Below are positions 18,198 to 28,516 of a DNA stretch of 64,000 nt, in pieces (the first letter of the stretch is position 1; every line of letters begins with the position of its first letter). The translations under genes were made by a program, and so were the position numbers. Below the pieces are notes generated by a model that was given only the letters and a program-made list of their open reading frames with translations, did no database searches and was not told where the DNA came from. Source of the stretch: an uncultured bacterium (lineage in GTDB: Bacteria; Bacillota_I; Bacilli_A; RFN20; CAG-826); contig CASEKC010000001.1 of the NCBI GenBank assembly GCA_949288485.1, forward strand, positions 7,070 through 71,069. The letters are read 5' to 3'.

Positions 18198-19859
18198 ATG
18201 GCGATAAAAATTTTATCTTTAATAGATTCTTTTAAAGGATCGATTTCATCTTTAGAAATATCTAAATTTTTAAAAAGAAATTTTACTAATTTTTCATATT
18301 TTCCAATATCTGATGGCGGAGAATATTTTTTAGATACGGTTAAAGAAATATTAATGAGTGAAAATTATAAAGAGTTAAAGATCAAAAACATTCATTCATT
18401 AAATCCTTTAAATAAAGAAAAAATAAATGCCAAAATCATTTTAGATAGCAAAAATAATGCTTATATTGAATCAGCAAATATTATCGGACTTTCTTTAGTC
18501 AATAAAAATAACGATCAAGGTATTTTTAAAAGGTCTTCTTATGGAATAGGAGAAGTTCTTTTAAAAATTAACAAGCTTAATATAAATACTCTTTATATTG
18601 GATTAGGTGGAAGCGCAACAAGTGATTTAGGGATTGGTTTATTAAAAGCATTAAATTTAAAATTTTTTGATAAAAATAACAAAGATATCACCGAAGAAGT
18701 TAATTTTATTGAAGATATTGTTAATGTTAAAAAGCTAGATTTTTCTAACGTTTATTCTTTAAATTATAAAATTGAAATTATAAACGATGTTTCAAATCCA
18801 CTTTTAGGAAAAAACGGCGCAAATTATGTTTATGCCTTTCAAAAAGGTGCTAAAAATGAAGATATTGAGAAATTAGAAGAATATTTTCATATTTTTTATA
18901 AATTACTTGTTAAACACGCTAAAAATAGATTAATTGATTTAAATGATGAAATAGGAGATGGCTCAGCCGGTGGACTTGGCTTTATTTTTAAGCATGTTTT
19001 GAAAGGAAAATATAATCAAGGAATTGAATTTATTTTAAAAAAGATCGATTTTAAAAATATCAAAAATAAATATGATTATATATTTACTGGCGAAGGATCT
19101 TTAGATTATCAATCATTTAATAAAAAAGTTGTCGGTGGTATTTTAGATGCTTTAGATAGTAAAGATAAAAATAAGCTTGTTATTATCTGTGGTCAAAATA
19201 ATATCGAAATAAATAAAATTAGTGAAAAATATAAGAATTTAATTAAAAATATTTATTCTTTATCGCCTAGATATGCTTTAAAAGAAGAAGCAATAAAAAA
19301 TCCAAAAAAATATTTAAAAGAGATTGTTTTTGATATTAAAAAAGATTTAGGTATTTTGAAATTTAAAGATCATACATTTCCACCATTTATAAATAAGAAT
19401 AGTGAAATATTAATTTTAGGATCTTTTCCAAGTGTTAAATCATTAGAAAAAAATTTTTATTATATGAATAAAACGAATCGTTTTTATAATGTTTTAGCGA
19501 CTATTTTTAATATAAATCTTAATGAAATAAGTGCTTTAGAAAAGAAAAAAGAATTTTTAAATAAAAATCATATTGCCTTATATGATGTTATTAAATCCTG
19601 CTATATTGAAGAAAGTAAAGATGAATCGATAAAAAAAGATATTTTACCAATCGATATAAAGGAATTATTAAATGAATATAATAATATTAAAAAAATTATA
19701 GTAAGTGGTAAAAAAGCGGAGAAATTATTTAAACAATATCTTTTAAAAGAGATTAAAAATAAAAATGTCGAAATTTATTATTTGCCATCCACTTCAAGTG
19801 CAAATGCCTCGTTCAATATTGAAAAATTGGTCGAAATTTATAAAAAAGCATTATTTTAA
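18198..19859 (+). CDS. glycerate kinase fused to a C-terminal UDG-superfamily hypoxanthine-DNA glycosylase-like domain
   Basis: N-terminal ~375 aa: DSFKGS...PISDGGE...FTGEGSLDYQS (glycerate kinase). C-terminal ~175 aa: ILILGSFPS...FYYMNKTNRFYNVL...YLPSTSSANA (family-6-type UDG motifs). Confidence 0.7.
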   Translation: MAIKILSLIDSFKGSISSLEISKFLKRNFTNFSYFPISDGGEYFLDTVKEILMSENYKELKIKNIHSLNPLNKEKINAKIILDSKNNAYIESANIIGLSLVNKNNDQGIFKRSSYGIGEVLLKINKLNINTLYIGLGGSATSDLGIGLLKALNLKFFDKNNKDITEEVNFIEDIVNVKKLDFSNVYSLNYKIEIINDVSNPLLGKNGANYVYAFQKGAKNEDIEKLEEYFHIFYKLLVKHAKNRLIDLNDEIGDGSAGGLGFIFKHVLKGKYNQGIEFILKKIDFKNIKNKYDYIFTGEGSLDYQSFNKKVVGGILDALDSKDKNKLVIICGQNNIEINKISEKYKNLIKNIYSLSPRYALKEEAIKNPKKYLKEIVFDIKKDLGILKFKDHTFPPFINKNSEILILGSFPSVKSLEKNFYYMNKTNRFYNVLATIFNINLNEISALEKKKEFLNKNHIALYDVIKSCYIEESKDESIKKDILPIDIKELLNEYNNIKKIIVSGKKAEKLFKQYLLKEIKNKNVEIYYLPSTSSANASFNIEKLVEIYKKALF

Positions 19860-19891
19860 ATTGTCTTTCTTTTTACTATAATTTAAAAGTT

Positions 19892-20569
19892 ATGAAATTC
19901 GGTGTTATTTTAGCAACAGAAGAAGAGTTTTCTTCTTTTGTTAATGAGTTTAAAAAAGATTTTGAAATAAAAAAAGTAAGTAATTTTCCTTTTGAAATTA
20001 TTTCTTTTTCCTATAAAAAGCATGATATTTATGCTCTTTATTCCGATATAGGTATTGTAAATGCCACATTAGCAAGTCAATATTTAATTGATAATTTTAA
20101 AATTGATTTAATTTTAAATATTGGAGCTTGTGGTGGATTAAAAAGTGATATAAAAAAGAATGAAATTTTTATTGTTGAAAATGTCGTTTATTATGATTTT
20201 GATCTTTCTTTAATTGATAATGTTAAAAAAGCTCAATATCCTGGATTTGATAATGAAATTATTCCTTTACCAAATAAATATTTATCTTTATTAGAAGAAA
20301 AGTTATCTTTAAAAAGAATGAATTGTGCAAGTGGAGATAAATTTATTGCGGATCAAGAATTAATTTCACATCTTGTTAATGATTTTAATTGTTCAATTTG
20401 TGATATGGAAATTATTGGAGAAACTTTAGCTGCATATAAAAACAATATTGATATTATTTCTTTAAAAGTAGTTAGCGATAATGCTTCAGCTTTAGAATAT
20501 GAATCAAATGCTCTTTCTTCAAATGAAAAACTTATGAAAGTAGCTCGAAAAATCTTTGATTTATTATAA
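19892..20569 (+). CDS. mtnN: 5'-methylthioadenosine/S-adenosylhomocysteine nucleosidase-like (PNP/UDP family 1)
   Basis: MKFGVILATEEEF... N-terminus and overall size typical of Pfs/MtnN. Confidence 0.6.
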   Translation: MKFGVILATEEEFSSFVNEFKKDFEIKKVSNFPFEIISFSYKKHDIYALYSDIGIVNATLASQYLIDNFKIDLILNIGACGGLKSDIKKNEIFIVENVVYYDFDLSLIDNVKKAQYPGFDNEIIPLPNKYLSLLEEKLSLKRMNCASGDKFIADQELISHLVNDFNCSICDMEIIGETLAAYKNNIDIISLKVVSDNASALEYESNALSSNEKLMKVARKIFDLL

Positions 20570-20601
20570 TTTTATTTATCTAATTTAAAACTATAATTAT
20601 A

Positions 20602-21048
20602 CTAATTATTTACTAAATTTTTGATAATATAACTATTTGCTTCATTTAGAGTCTCTTTATCAGAAGGAAAGGTTAAAGAATTTATTGCTTCATTAATTTC
20701 AAGCCATTCAAAAGATAAAACTTCATCATCGTGATTATCAATCGGCTCATTTTTACTAATAACTTCAGCAACAAAAAAGACAACGTCTTTTATTACGTTT
20801 TCTTTTGGAGAATAAGTTATTACTTTTCGAAAATTAATATCTATTTTTACTTCTAAAGAAGTTTCTTCTTTAATTTCTCGATATGCAGTTTCTTCTTCAC
20901 TTTCATTTTCTTCGACGTGTCCCTTGCATAAAGAATTATGTCCTAAGCCCATATGAAGAATTAAATATTTTATAATTCTATTTTCAATTTTATAAATTAC
21001 TGCACCGCAACTTTTTTCCTTTTTCATAAATTTTAACGATAAATCCAC
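20602..21048 (-). CDS. NUDIX hydrolase
   Basis: Nudix box GHVEENESEEETAYREIKEETSL (G-x5-E-x7-REUxEExGU). Confidence 0.7.
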   Translation of the reverse strand: MDLSLKFMKKEKSCGAVIYKIENRIIKYLILHMGLGHNSLCKGHVEENESEEETAYREIKEETSLEVKIDINFRKVITYSPKENVIKDVVFFVAEVISKNEPIDNHDDEVLSFEWLEINEAINSLTFPSDKETLNEANSYIIKNLVNN

Positions 21049-21089
21049 TGTTTTTATTGATTTATATCATAAAATAATTTATTATTAAA

Positions 21090-21138
21090 GCATCATTTTA
21101 ACCGAATGATGCCTATTTAGGCATCTATTTTTTTTGAA
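21090..21138 (+). promoter_or_regulatory. attenuator-like leader of the rimP-nusA-infB operon (two mutually exclusive hairpins, the second a terminator)
   Basis: Hairpin A gcatcatt-ttaaccg-aatgatgc (21090-21112) shares bases with hairpin B gatgcct-attt-aggcatc (21107-21124). Hairpin B is followed by tatttttttt, directly before the GGGGGG RBS of rimP. Confidence 0.45.
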
Positions 21139-21150
21139 AGGGGGGGAAGA

Positions 21151-21612
21151 ATGATTGACATCAATCTTATTAAAGAAGGAATTGAGAAAAAATTAGCTGA
21201 AATTTCTTATACGCTTTATTCAATTAAGTCATACAACAATAAAGGCGGAAGTGTATTAGAAATTATTGTTGATCGTGATGAAAATATTGATCTAGATGAT
21301 ATTGTTGAAGTTTCTAACTATTTATCACCATATCTAGATGAAATAATTACCGATGACAATCCTTACACACTTGATGTTTCTTCTTTAGGTGCAGAAAAAC
21401 CTATCGATTTATTAAAACTCGATAAATATGTTGGAAAGTATGTCAATTTACACCTCTCTCATCCTTACAAAGGTGAAAATATATTAGAAGGAGATTTAAA
21501 GGAAGTAGATGAAAATTCAATTACTTTATCTTATAAAGTTAAAACAAGAGTAATTGATGCAAAAATTGAACGTAAAGATATTGATAAAGCACGTTTAGCT
21601 ATAAAATTTTAG
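21151..21612 (+). CDS. rimP: ribosome maturation factor RimP
   Basis: Position immediately upstream of nusA; size and N-terminal pattern typical. Confidence 0.8.
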   Translation: MIDINLIKEGIEKKLAEISYTLYSIKSYNNKGGSVLEIIVDRDENIDLDDIVEVSNYLSPYLDEIITDDNPYTLDVSSLGAEKPIDLLKLDKYVGKYVNLHLSHPYKGENILEGDLKEVDENSITLSYKVKTRVIDAKIERKDIDKARLAIKF

Positions 21613-21621
21613 GAGAAAACT

Positions 21622-23376
21622 ATGAATAAAAAAGCATTTTTAGAAGCCGTTACTGAATTAGGCAATCAAAAAAGACTCTCAAAAGAAATTATTAAAAAAT
21701 CTATCGAAGAATCATTTCGACTTTCTTTAAATAAGAAATTTGAAGATGAATATAAACTTGATTTAAGAGCTTCAAAAATTAAAAAGATAGACAAAACAAA
21801 AGTTGAAGAAAAACTTGAATCGGCTCATATTAAAACAGTTGTTGATTTAGATAAGGCAAAAATTAATATATATCGTGAATTTGATGTTTTAAATGATGAT
21901 GATATTACCGATGATTTCGTTCAAATTCCTCTTGAAGAAGCACAAAAAAGAGAACCAAATATTAAAGTCGGTGATGTTTATAGTGAAGAAATTGATTTTG
22001 ATACATTAACTAAAAAAGATGTCGATAGATTCGTTTCTAATTTTAAACAATGCATTTCAAAAGCTGAAAAAGAAGCTTTACTTGAAGAATTTAAAGATAA
22101 AATCGGAACAATTGTAACAGGTATTGTTGAAAAATTTGACAATACAAGTTGTTTAGTCAATTTAGATGGAACAACCGTCGTTTTATATAGAAAAAATTTA
22201 ATTGGTGATGAAAAATTTAGAAATGGTGACCCAATTAAAGTTTATGTTGAAGGAATTAAAAGAGATGATAAAAAATCCGCTTTAATTAGCGTTTCAAGAA
22301 GCTGCCCAAATTTCTTGAGAAAGATTTTTGAAAACGAAGTTAATGAAATTAACGATGGAACAGTTAAAATCGTTGATATTGCTAGAATGAGTGGAGTTAG
22401 AAGTAAAGTTGTCGTTTATTCAACAGATCCAAACGTTGATGCAAGCGGTGCTTGTATTGGTAAAAACGGTGAAAGAATTCAAAGAATCGTTGGTCAATTA
22501 GGTTCTGGACACGACCAAAAAGAAAAAATCGATGTTATTTTATTCCATAGAAATTTAGGCGTATATTTATCTGAAATTTTAAAACCAGGTGAAGTCATCG
22601 GTATTAATTTCTCTGAAGATATGAAAAATGCATTGGTCATTTGTAAAAATGATACAATGAAAATCGCTGTTGGAACTCGTGGTTCAAATGTTTTCTTGGC
22701 TAGAAAACTTACTGGTTTAGATGAAATTAAGATTATTAATGAATCCGATATGGAAGCTAATGGTGTAACTTCATATAAACCAATTGAAGAATATATTGAA
22801 GAAGATAAAGCTGAAGAAGCAGAAGAAGCAAGAAAGAGATTTAGAGAACAAAGTATTCTTAAATCGGGAGCTAAAAAACTTGATTCAACTATAAGTCTTG
22901 ATGATTCACTAATAATGGATGAAAAATTAGGAATTGACGAAGAAATCGCTAATGAACCAGTTGATGTAGAAGAAGAGAAAGAAGAAATTAAAAATGTTGA
23001 AACTTCTTTAGTTAACGAAGAAAAAGTTGAAGAAGATAAAAAAGAAGAGATTGTTGCCGCTCCAATTAAAGAAGTTGTTCAAGAAGAACCAGTTGAAATT
23101 AAAGAAGTTAAAACAACAACAACTTTAGAATCTTTAGAAAAATCTTTAGAAGAAGAAAAGAAAACAAAAACTGAAGTTAAGAGTAAAAAATCTTCTAAGA
23201 AAAAAGATGATGCTAAAGAAGAAAAAGAAGAAGCTAAAAAACCTGTTAAAAAGATGGATATTTATACAGAAGAAGAGCTTAAAGAATTTGAAGATGAAGA
23301 TAATGATGACTATTATGATGACGACGAAGAAGACTGGTCCGAATATGATAGTGATGATTATTACGAGGATAAATAA
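21622..23376 (+). CDS. nusA: transcription termination/antitermination factor NusA with acidic low-complexity C-terminal extension
   Basis: S1 and KH regions (GTIVTGIV..., GACIGKNGERIQ). C-terminal ~200 aa E/K/D-rich tail. Confidence 0.9.
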   Translation: MNKKAFLEAVTELGNQKRLSKEIIKKSIEESFRLSLNKKFEDEYKLDLRASKIKKIDKTKVEEKLESAHIKTVVDLDKAKINIYREFDVLNDDDITDDFVQIPLEEAQKREPNIKVGDVYSEEIDFDTLTKKDVDRFVSNFKQCISKAEKEALLEEFKDKIGTIVTGIVEKFDNTSCLVNLDGTTVVLYRKNLIGDEKFRNGDPIKVYVEGIKRDDKKSALISVSRSCPNFLRKIFENEVNEINDGTVKIVDIARMSGVRSKVVVYSTDPNVDASGACIGKNGERIQRIVGQLGSGHDQKEKIDVILFHRNLGVYLSEILKPGEVIGINFSEDMKNALVICKNDTMKIAVGTRGSNVFLARKLTGLDEIKIINESDMEANGVTSYKPIEEYIEEDKAEEAEEARKRFREQSILKSGAKKLDSTISLDDSLIMDEKLGIDEEIANEPVDVEEEKEEIKNVETSLVNEEKVEEDKKEEIVAAPIKEVVQEEPVEIKEVKTTTTLESLEKSLEEEKKTKTEVKSKKSSKKKDDAKEEKEEAKKPVKKMDIYTEEELKEFEDEDNDDYYDDDEEDWSEYDSDDYYEDK

Positions 23377-23636
23377 TGAAAAAAATACCATTACGTCGAT
23401 GTTTAGTTACTAATGAATCATTTCCAAAAGAGAAATTATTTAGAGTTGTTAGAACACCTTCTGGAGAGGTAATTTTGGATACGACATATAAGGCTAATGG
23501 TAGAGGCGCTTATATAAAAAAAGATGAAGATATTATTTTAAAAGCAAAAAATAAAAAAGTATTAGAACGTGCATTAGAAGTTAAAGTACCAGATGAAGTC
23601 TATGAACGAATGATTACTTTTTTAAAAATGAAATAG
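23376..23636 (+). CDS. ylxR: YlxR/RnpM-family (DUF448) RNA-binding protein
   Basis: PLRRCLVTNESFPKEKLFRVV signature; located between nusA and infB. Confidence 0.75.
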   Translation: MKKIPLRRCLVTNESFPKEKLFRVVRTPSGEVILDTTYKANGRGAYIKKDEDIILKAKNKKVLERALEVKVPDEVYERMITFLKMK

Positions 23637-23654
23637 GAAGGAGGATTAAATTTA

Positions 23655-25496
23655 ATGGATAAAAAGAACAATAAAAAGGTTAGAGAAACTAACATTCCGG
23701 CATCTAATACAAATAAGAACAAAAACATGAACAAAGTTCATGGACAAGTTTTTGTTTTTACTAAATCTTTAACTGTTGGAGAGTTAGCAAAAGAATTAAA
23801 TGTTAATGCCTCTGAAATCATTAAAAAATTATTTATGCAAAAGAAGATTGTTACAATAAACAATTATTTAGATGATGATACAATCGGTGAAATTTGTCTT
23901 GAATTTGGTTACGATTTTAAAAAAGAAGAAATTATCGATGAAGAAGATTTCGAAAAAATTCAAATTGATGATAAACCAGAAGATTTAAAAGAAAGACCAG
24001 CTGTTGTTACAGTTATGGGACACGTTGACCATGGTAAAACCACTTTAATTGATGCCATTAGAAACTCTAATATCGCTGCTAGCGAATATGGTGGAATTTC
24101 TCAAGAAATCGGTGCTTACCAAAAAGTAGTTGATGGTAAAAAAATTACTTTTATCGATACTCCTGGGCACGAAGCTTTTTCGGCTATGAGAAGTAGAGGA
24201 GCTTCAGTTACAGATATTGTTATTTTAGTTGTTGCTTCAGATGATGGTGTTATGCCTCAAACTATAGAAGCTATTGATCACGCAAAAGCTGCAAAAGTCC
24301 CAATTATTGTAGCAATTAATAAAATGGATGTTCCTGGAGCAAATCCTGAAAAAGTCATTAATGAATTAATGCAACATGATGTTATTGCTGAAAAATATGG
24401 CGGTGATGTTATGGTTTGCGAAATATCTGCTAAGAAAAAACAAGGAATTAAAGAACTTTTAGAAACAGTTTTAGTTGAAGCAGAAATGCTTGAACTTAAA
24501 GCAAATCCTAATAGATATGCAATTGGTACAGTTTTAGAAGCAGAACTTGATAAAGGTGAAGGTCCAAAAGCTACTCTTTTAGTTCAAAATGGCACTTTAT
24601 ATTCATCTGATTATGTCGTTGTTGGTTCAACTTATGGAAAAGTAAGAAGAATGACTAATGAGCATAAACAAATTTTAAAAGAAGCAACTCCTTCAACTCC
24701 AGTCAGTGTTATTGGTTTAAATGAAGTTCCTTTAGCTGGTGACCATTTCATGGCATTCCCAACTGAAAAACAAGCAAAAGATATTGCTGAAAAGAGAAAA
24801 TTAAAGAAAATCAATGAAGAACGTGCTCAAAATAGCGGAGTAACTTCTTTAGAAAACTTATATGAAAAAATTAATGAAGGTCAAATGACTAACATTAATA
24901 TTATTGTTAAAGCTGATACTACCGGTAGTGCTGAAGCAGTTAAAGCATCATTAGAAAAATTAAATAATGATCAAGTTAAAATTAATGTTATTAGAAGTGC
25001 AGCTGGAGCAATTACTGAAAGCGATGTTTTATTAGCTGGTGCCTCTGGAGCTATTATTTATGGTTTCAATGTTAGACCATCAGCTTTAGTTAGAAAGAAA
25101 GCAGAAGAAGAAAAAATCGAAATTAGAACTCAAAAAATTATTTACGCCTTAATTGAAGAAGTTGAAGCTGCGATTAAAGGTAGTATGAAAAAAGAAAAAG
25201 TCGAAAATATTCTTGGTCAAGCAGAAGTTAGAAACGTCTTCAAAATTTCTAAGGTTGGTGAAATTGCAGGCTGTATGGTTACCGATGGTTTAATTAAAAA
25301 TACTGCCCTTGTCCATGTTTTAAGAAATGGTGTAATTGTTTATCAAGGCGAAATTGATTCTTTAAAACGTTTTAAAGATGATGCTAAAGAAGTTAAAGAA
25401 GGTTTTGAATGCGGTATCAAAATTAAAAACTTTAACGATGTTCATGAAGGAGATATCATCGAAGCATTTGAGATGATAGAAAAAGAAGATGAGTAG
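23655..25496 (+). CDS. infB: translation initiation factor IF-2
   Basis: G-domain motifs [18 protein letters not shown]. Confidence 0.9.
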   Translation: MDKKNNKKVRETNIPASNTNKNKNMNKVHGQVFVFTKSLTVGELAKELNVNASEIIKKLFMQKKIVTINNYLDDDTIGEICLEFGYDFKKEEIIDEEDFEKIQIDDKPEDLKERPAVVTVMGHVDHGKTTLIDAIRNSNIAASEYGGISQEIGAYQKVVDGKKITFIDTPGHEAFSAMRSRGASVTDIVILVVASDDGVMPQTIEAIDHAKAAKVPIIVAINKMDVPGANPEKVINELMQHDVIAEKYGGDVMVCEISAKKKQGIKELLETVLVEAEMLELKANPNRYAIGTVLEAELDKGEGPKATLLVQNGTLYSSDYVVVGSTYGKVRRMTNEHKQILKEATPSTPVSVIGLNEVPLAGDHFMAFPTEKQAKDIAEKRKLKKINEERAQNSGVTSLENLYEKINEGQMTNINIIVKADTTGSAEAVKASLEKLNNDQVKINVIRSAAGAITESDVLLAGASGAIIYGFNVRPSALVRKKAEEEKIEIRTQKIIYALIEEVEAAIKGSMKKEKVENILGQAEVRNVFKISKVGEIAGCMVTDGLIKNTALVHVLRNGVIVYQGEIDSLKRFKDDAKEVKEGFECGIKIKNFNDVHEGDIIEAFEMIEKEDE

Positions 25497-25842
25497 TAAT
25501 TCAAAAGAACGTTTAGCAGCTGAAATTTCAAAAGATATTAAAGAAATTGTTCAGTTTGAAATTAAAAATGAATCTATCGGATTTATGACTATAACTGATG
25601 TTGTTGTTTCTAGCGACCATAGTTATGCTAAAGTTTTTGTTTCGTTCTTCAACAATCCTGAAAAAAACATTGATAAATTAAATAGAACAAAAGGCTTTGT
25701 AAGAAGTGCTTTATCAAAAAGATTAAAAACAAGACGAGTTCCTGAAATTGAATTCGTCTTAGATGATTCTTTTTTAAAATTCCAAAAACTTGATTCAGCT
25801 TTGAAAAAAGATGAAGAAGATATAGAGAAATTTAAAAAATAA
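25489..25842 (+). CDS. rbfA: ribosome-binding factor A
   Basis: Follows infB with 8-nt overlap; 117 aa, KH-like RbfA pattern. Confidence 0.85.
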   Translation: MSSNSKERLAAEISKDIKEIVQFEIKNESIGFMTITDVVVSSDHSYAKVFVSFFNNPEKNIDKLNRTKGFVRSALSKRLKTRRVPEIEFVLDDSFLKFQKLDSALKKDEEDIEKFKK

Positions 25843-25844
25843 TC

Positions 25845-27020
25845 TTAGTTCTTTATAACATTGTTTATTTTAAGTTCTTTTAATAAATAAACTGGATTAT
25901 CAATTAAAGAAATTAGGTATTTCGATCCTAATTTCTTTTTATTTTTATATGGTAAAAATTTAATTGTTTTTAATGTTTGAATATCTATTTCAATATCAAA
26001 ATTTATTGGATTATATTTTGAATAAATCTTTTCGTAAAGATCATATAAAATGATATCAATATCTTTATAATTTTTAAATTTTAGTATTTTAATAGTAAAG
26101 TTTCGGTCGTTTTTTGCAATATTAATAATTCCTAAAAGCGTATCATTTTTATAATAATGGAGATGATAGAGATTAGCTTTTGGAATATTTTTAATTTTTA
26201 AAAATTTCATTTCTTTAATTAAACTTTCTAAATCTTCAACATGTTTAAAATAGTATTTTGAATATGAAACTTTAAATTCAAAATGATTAAAGAAAACATC
26301 TAATTTTTCTTTATTATTTAACATCGTAAGGAAATTATCTTTACTAGAAGGATATTGTTTATAAATATTATTTAGCAAATTTTTAATATCTTCCCTTTTG
26401 GTATGTTTATCATTAGGACAAGTAGAAGAGAAAACTGGAATATTTTCTTCTTTAATTAGTCTTTTTATTGTATTTTCTTCAACATAAATAAAAGGACGAA
26501 TAAATGTTATTTTGTCGTTAGTTAAATACATTTTTGGAGCGAAAGTTCCAATTCTTCCACCGTAAATTTCATTTAAAAATAATGTTTCGATAGCGTCATC
26601 TTTATGATGGGCAAAAGAAACATGATTGCAATTTAATTCTTCGGCAACTTTATTAATTATTGCTTTTTTCATTCTTGAACATATTGAACAAGGTAAATGT
26701 GGTAAATTTTGCTTTTCTTCTTGTATTTTTAAAATTTCGTATACTTGTTTAGCATCTTTAATGTATAAATCGTAACCCAATGAAGAAACGTATTCTTTTA
26801 ATTTAGTAAAATCAGAATTTGGAAAACCTAAATCGATAGTCATCGGCTTAATTTCAAAGTTAATTTTGGCGTATTTTTGATATAAATGAAGACAATATAA
26901 TAAGGCCATAGAATCTTTTCCACCGCTTATTCCTATACATATAGATGTATTGTCTTTAAAAAGGTTAAATTCTTCGTCAGCTTTCCTAATCGAAGCTAAA
27001 ATAATTCGTAATGCTTTCAT
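25845..27020 (-). CDS. TtcA-family PP-loop tRNA 2-thiocytidine synthetase-like protein with C-terminal extension
   Basis: PP-loop SGGKDS, CSICSRMKK CxxC motif, HHKDDAIETLFLN; extra ~100-aa C-terminal region. Confidence 0.65.
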   Translation of the reverse strand: MKALRIILASIRKADEEFNLFKDNTSICIGISGGKDSMALLYCLHLYQKYAKINFEIKPMTIDLGFPNSDFTKLKEYVSSLGYDLYIKDAKQVYEILKIQEEKQNLPHLPCSICSRMKKAIINKVAEELNCNHVSFAHHKDDAIETLFLNEIYGGRIGTFAPKMYLTNDKITFIRPFIYVEENTIKRLIKEENIPVFSSTCPNDKHTKREDIKNLLNNIYKQYPSSKDNFLTMLNNKEKLDVFFNHFEFKVSYSKYYFKHVEDLESLIKEMKFLKIKNIPKANLYHLHYYKNDTLLGIINIAKNDRNFTIKILKFKNYKDIDIILYDLYEKIYSKYNPINFDIEIDIQTLKTIKFLPYKNKKKLGSKYLISLIDNPVYLLKELKINNVIKN

Positions 27021-27103
27021 ATCCTAAAAATAATAAATTATTTCCCTTTTTAAAGCAAAAGTATTCTTAATTTTTTAGGGTAAATATTGTAAAATATTGC
27101 GGT

Positions 27104-28015
27104 ATGGAAGTTATTTATTTAAAAAATTTTGATGAAGTTAACGAAGTTCCTAAATTATCTTTAGTTTTAGGTAATTTTGATGGAGTTCATATTGGACATG
27201 CTCAATTAATTAATTATGCTAGAAACAATTCTAATGGAAATTTAGGTGTTTTTACTTTTGATAAGCCTTTAAAAACTATTGAAGGTTATTTAACTTCTTT
27301 AGATGATAGAATTCAAATTTTCAAACAACTAGGTGTTGATTACGTTTTTATTATCTTAACGGATGATAATTTTAAGAAAATGTCCTATATAAAATTTGTT
27401 GATTTAATCTTAAAGAAATTAAATCCTATAAAAATTTTTTGTGGACCTGATTTTAAATATGGTTTCAATGCTCAAGGTGACGTTTATTATTTAAAAGAAA
27501 GATTTAGCGAAGTCTATATTTTAAATTATGTTAATGATCATAACGGAAAGAAAATTTCCTCTTCTTCAATTAGAGATTTAATAAAAGAAGGGAATGTTTA
27601 TGAAACAAATAGATGGCTTGGTAGAATTTATACTATTCGAGGTGTAGTTTCAAAAGGAAAAGGAAACGGTATGAGTTTTGGTTTTCCAACAGCTAATTTA
27701 ACTTTAAGCGATAATTATGTTGTACCAAAAGAAGGAGTTTATATTACAAAAACTACTATAAATGACCGTGAATTACGTTCATTAACAAACATTGGTAAAA
27801 ATCCAACTATTTCCGATGATAATAAACTTACAATCGAAACATATATTTTTGATTTCCAAGATGAATTATATGGTAAAGAAATTTCAGTATCTTTTTTAAT
27901 TCGTTTAAGAGATGAAGCTAAGTTTAATTCTACAAAAGAATTAGTCGAACAAATTGAGAAAGATATGGATGATGCAATATATTTTTTCGATTATGGTAAG
28001 ATGATGAATTCTTAA
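27104..28015 (+). CDS. ribF: bifunctional riboflavin kinase / FAD synthetase
   Basis: GNFDGVHIGH nucleotidyltransferase motif; C-terminal riboflavin-kinase domain (GFPTANL...). Confidence 0.85.
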   Translation: MEVIYLKNFDEVNEVPKLSLVLGNFDGVHIGHAQLINYARNNSNGNLGVFTFDKPLKTIEGYLTSLDDRIQIFKQLGVDYVFIILTDDNFKKMSYIKFVDLILKKLNPIKIFCGPDFKYGFNAQGDVYYLKERFSEVYILNYVNDHNGKKISSSSIRDLIKEGNVYETNRWLGRIYTIRGVVSKGKGNGMSFGFPTANLTLSDNYVVPKEGVYITKTTINDRELRSLTNIGKNPTISDDNKLTIETYIFDFQDELYGKEISVSFLIRLRDEAKFNSTKELVEQIEKDMDDAIYFFDYGKMMNS

Positions 28016-28159
28016 TTCGAAAAATTTAAAAACTAACGATATTTTTCTTGTTTTTAATATCATTTTCTAGTATATTAATTAACAGACTTTTATCTTTGAT
28101 TTAGGAATCTCCAACCTTTCTCATTGATATTAGCGTTTTATTTATAAAGGAGAACAAAA

Positions 28160-28429
28160 ATGGCTGTAAGCAAACAAACAAAAGCTGAATTAATTAAAAA
28201 ATTCGGCAAAACAGAAAAAGACACAGGTAGTGTTGAAGTCCAAGTTGCTATTTTAACTGCTTCAATTAAACATTTAACTGAACATTTAAAAAATAACGAT
28301 AAGGACCACGTTGCAAGAAGAAGCTTATTAGTTTTAGTTGGTAAAAGAAAATCTTTACTTTCTTATTTAGAAAAACAAGATAGAGATGCTTATATCAAAC
28401 TTATTGCTGAACTTGGATTACGTAAATAA
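28160..28429 (+). CDS. rpsO: 30S ribosomal protein S15
   Basis: 89 aa; GSVEVQVAILT...HLK..KDHHSRRGLL S15 signature. Confidence 0.9.
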   Translation: MAVSKQTKAELIKKFGKTEKDTGSVEVQVAILTASIKHLTEHLKNNDKDHVARRSLLVLVGKRKSLLSYLEKQDRDAYIKLIAELGLRK

Positions 28430-28451
28430 TAATTTAAAATAAGTTAAACAA

Positions 28452-28492
28452 AAAAGACTCTATTAATAGAATAGAGTCTTTTGTTTTCTTTC
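28452..28492 (+). terminator. Rho-independent terminator after rpsO
   Basis: aaagactctatt-aatag-aatagagtcttt followed by tgttttc. Confidence 0.65.
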
Positions 28493-28516
28493 TTGTTATA
28501 ATTAGTTAGATAAATT

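Noticed and set aside
23146-23413. Overlapping ORFs on both strands at the nusA 3' end
   Set aside because: Produced by the repetitive GAA/AAG-rich acidic C-terminal tail of NusA; no independent coding signal.
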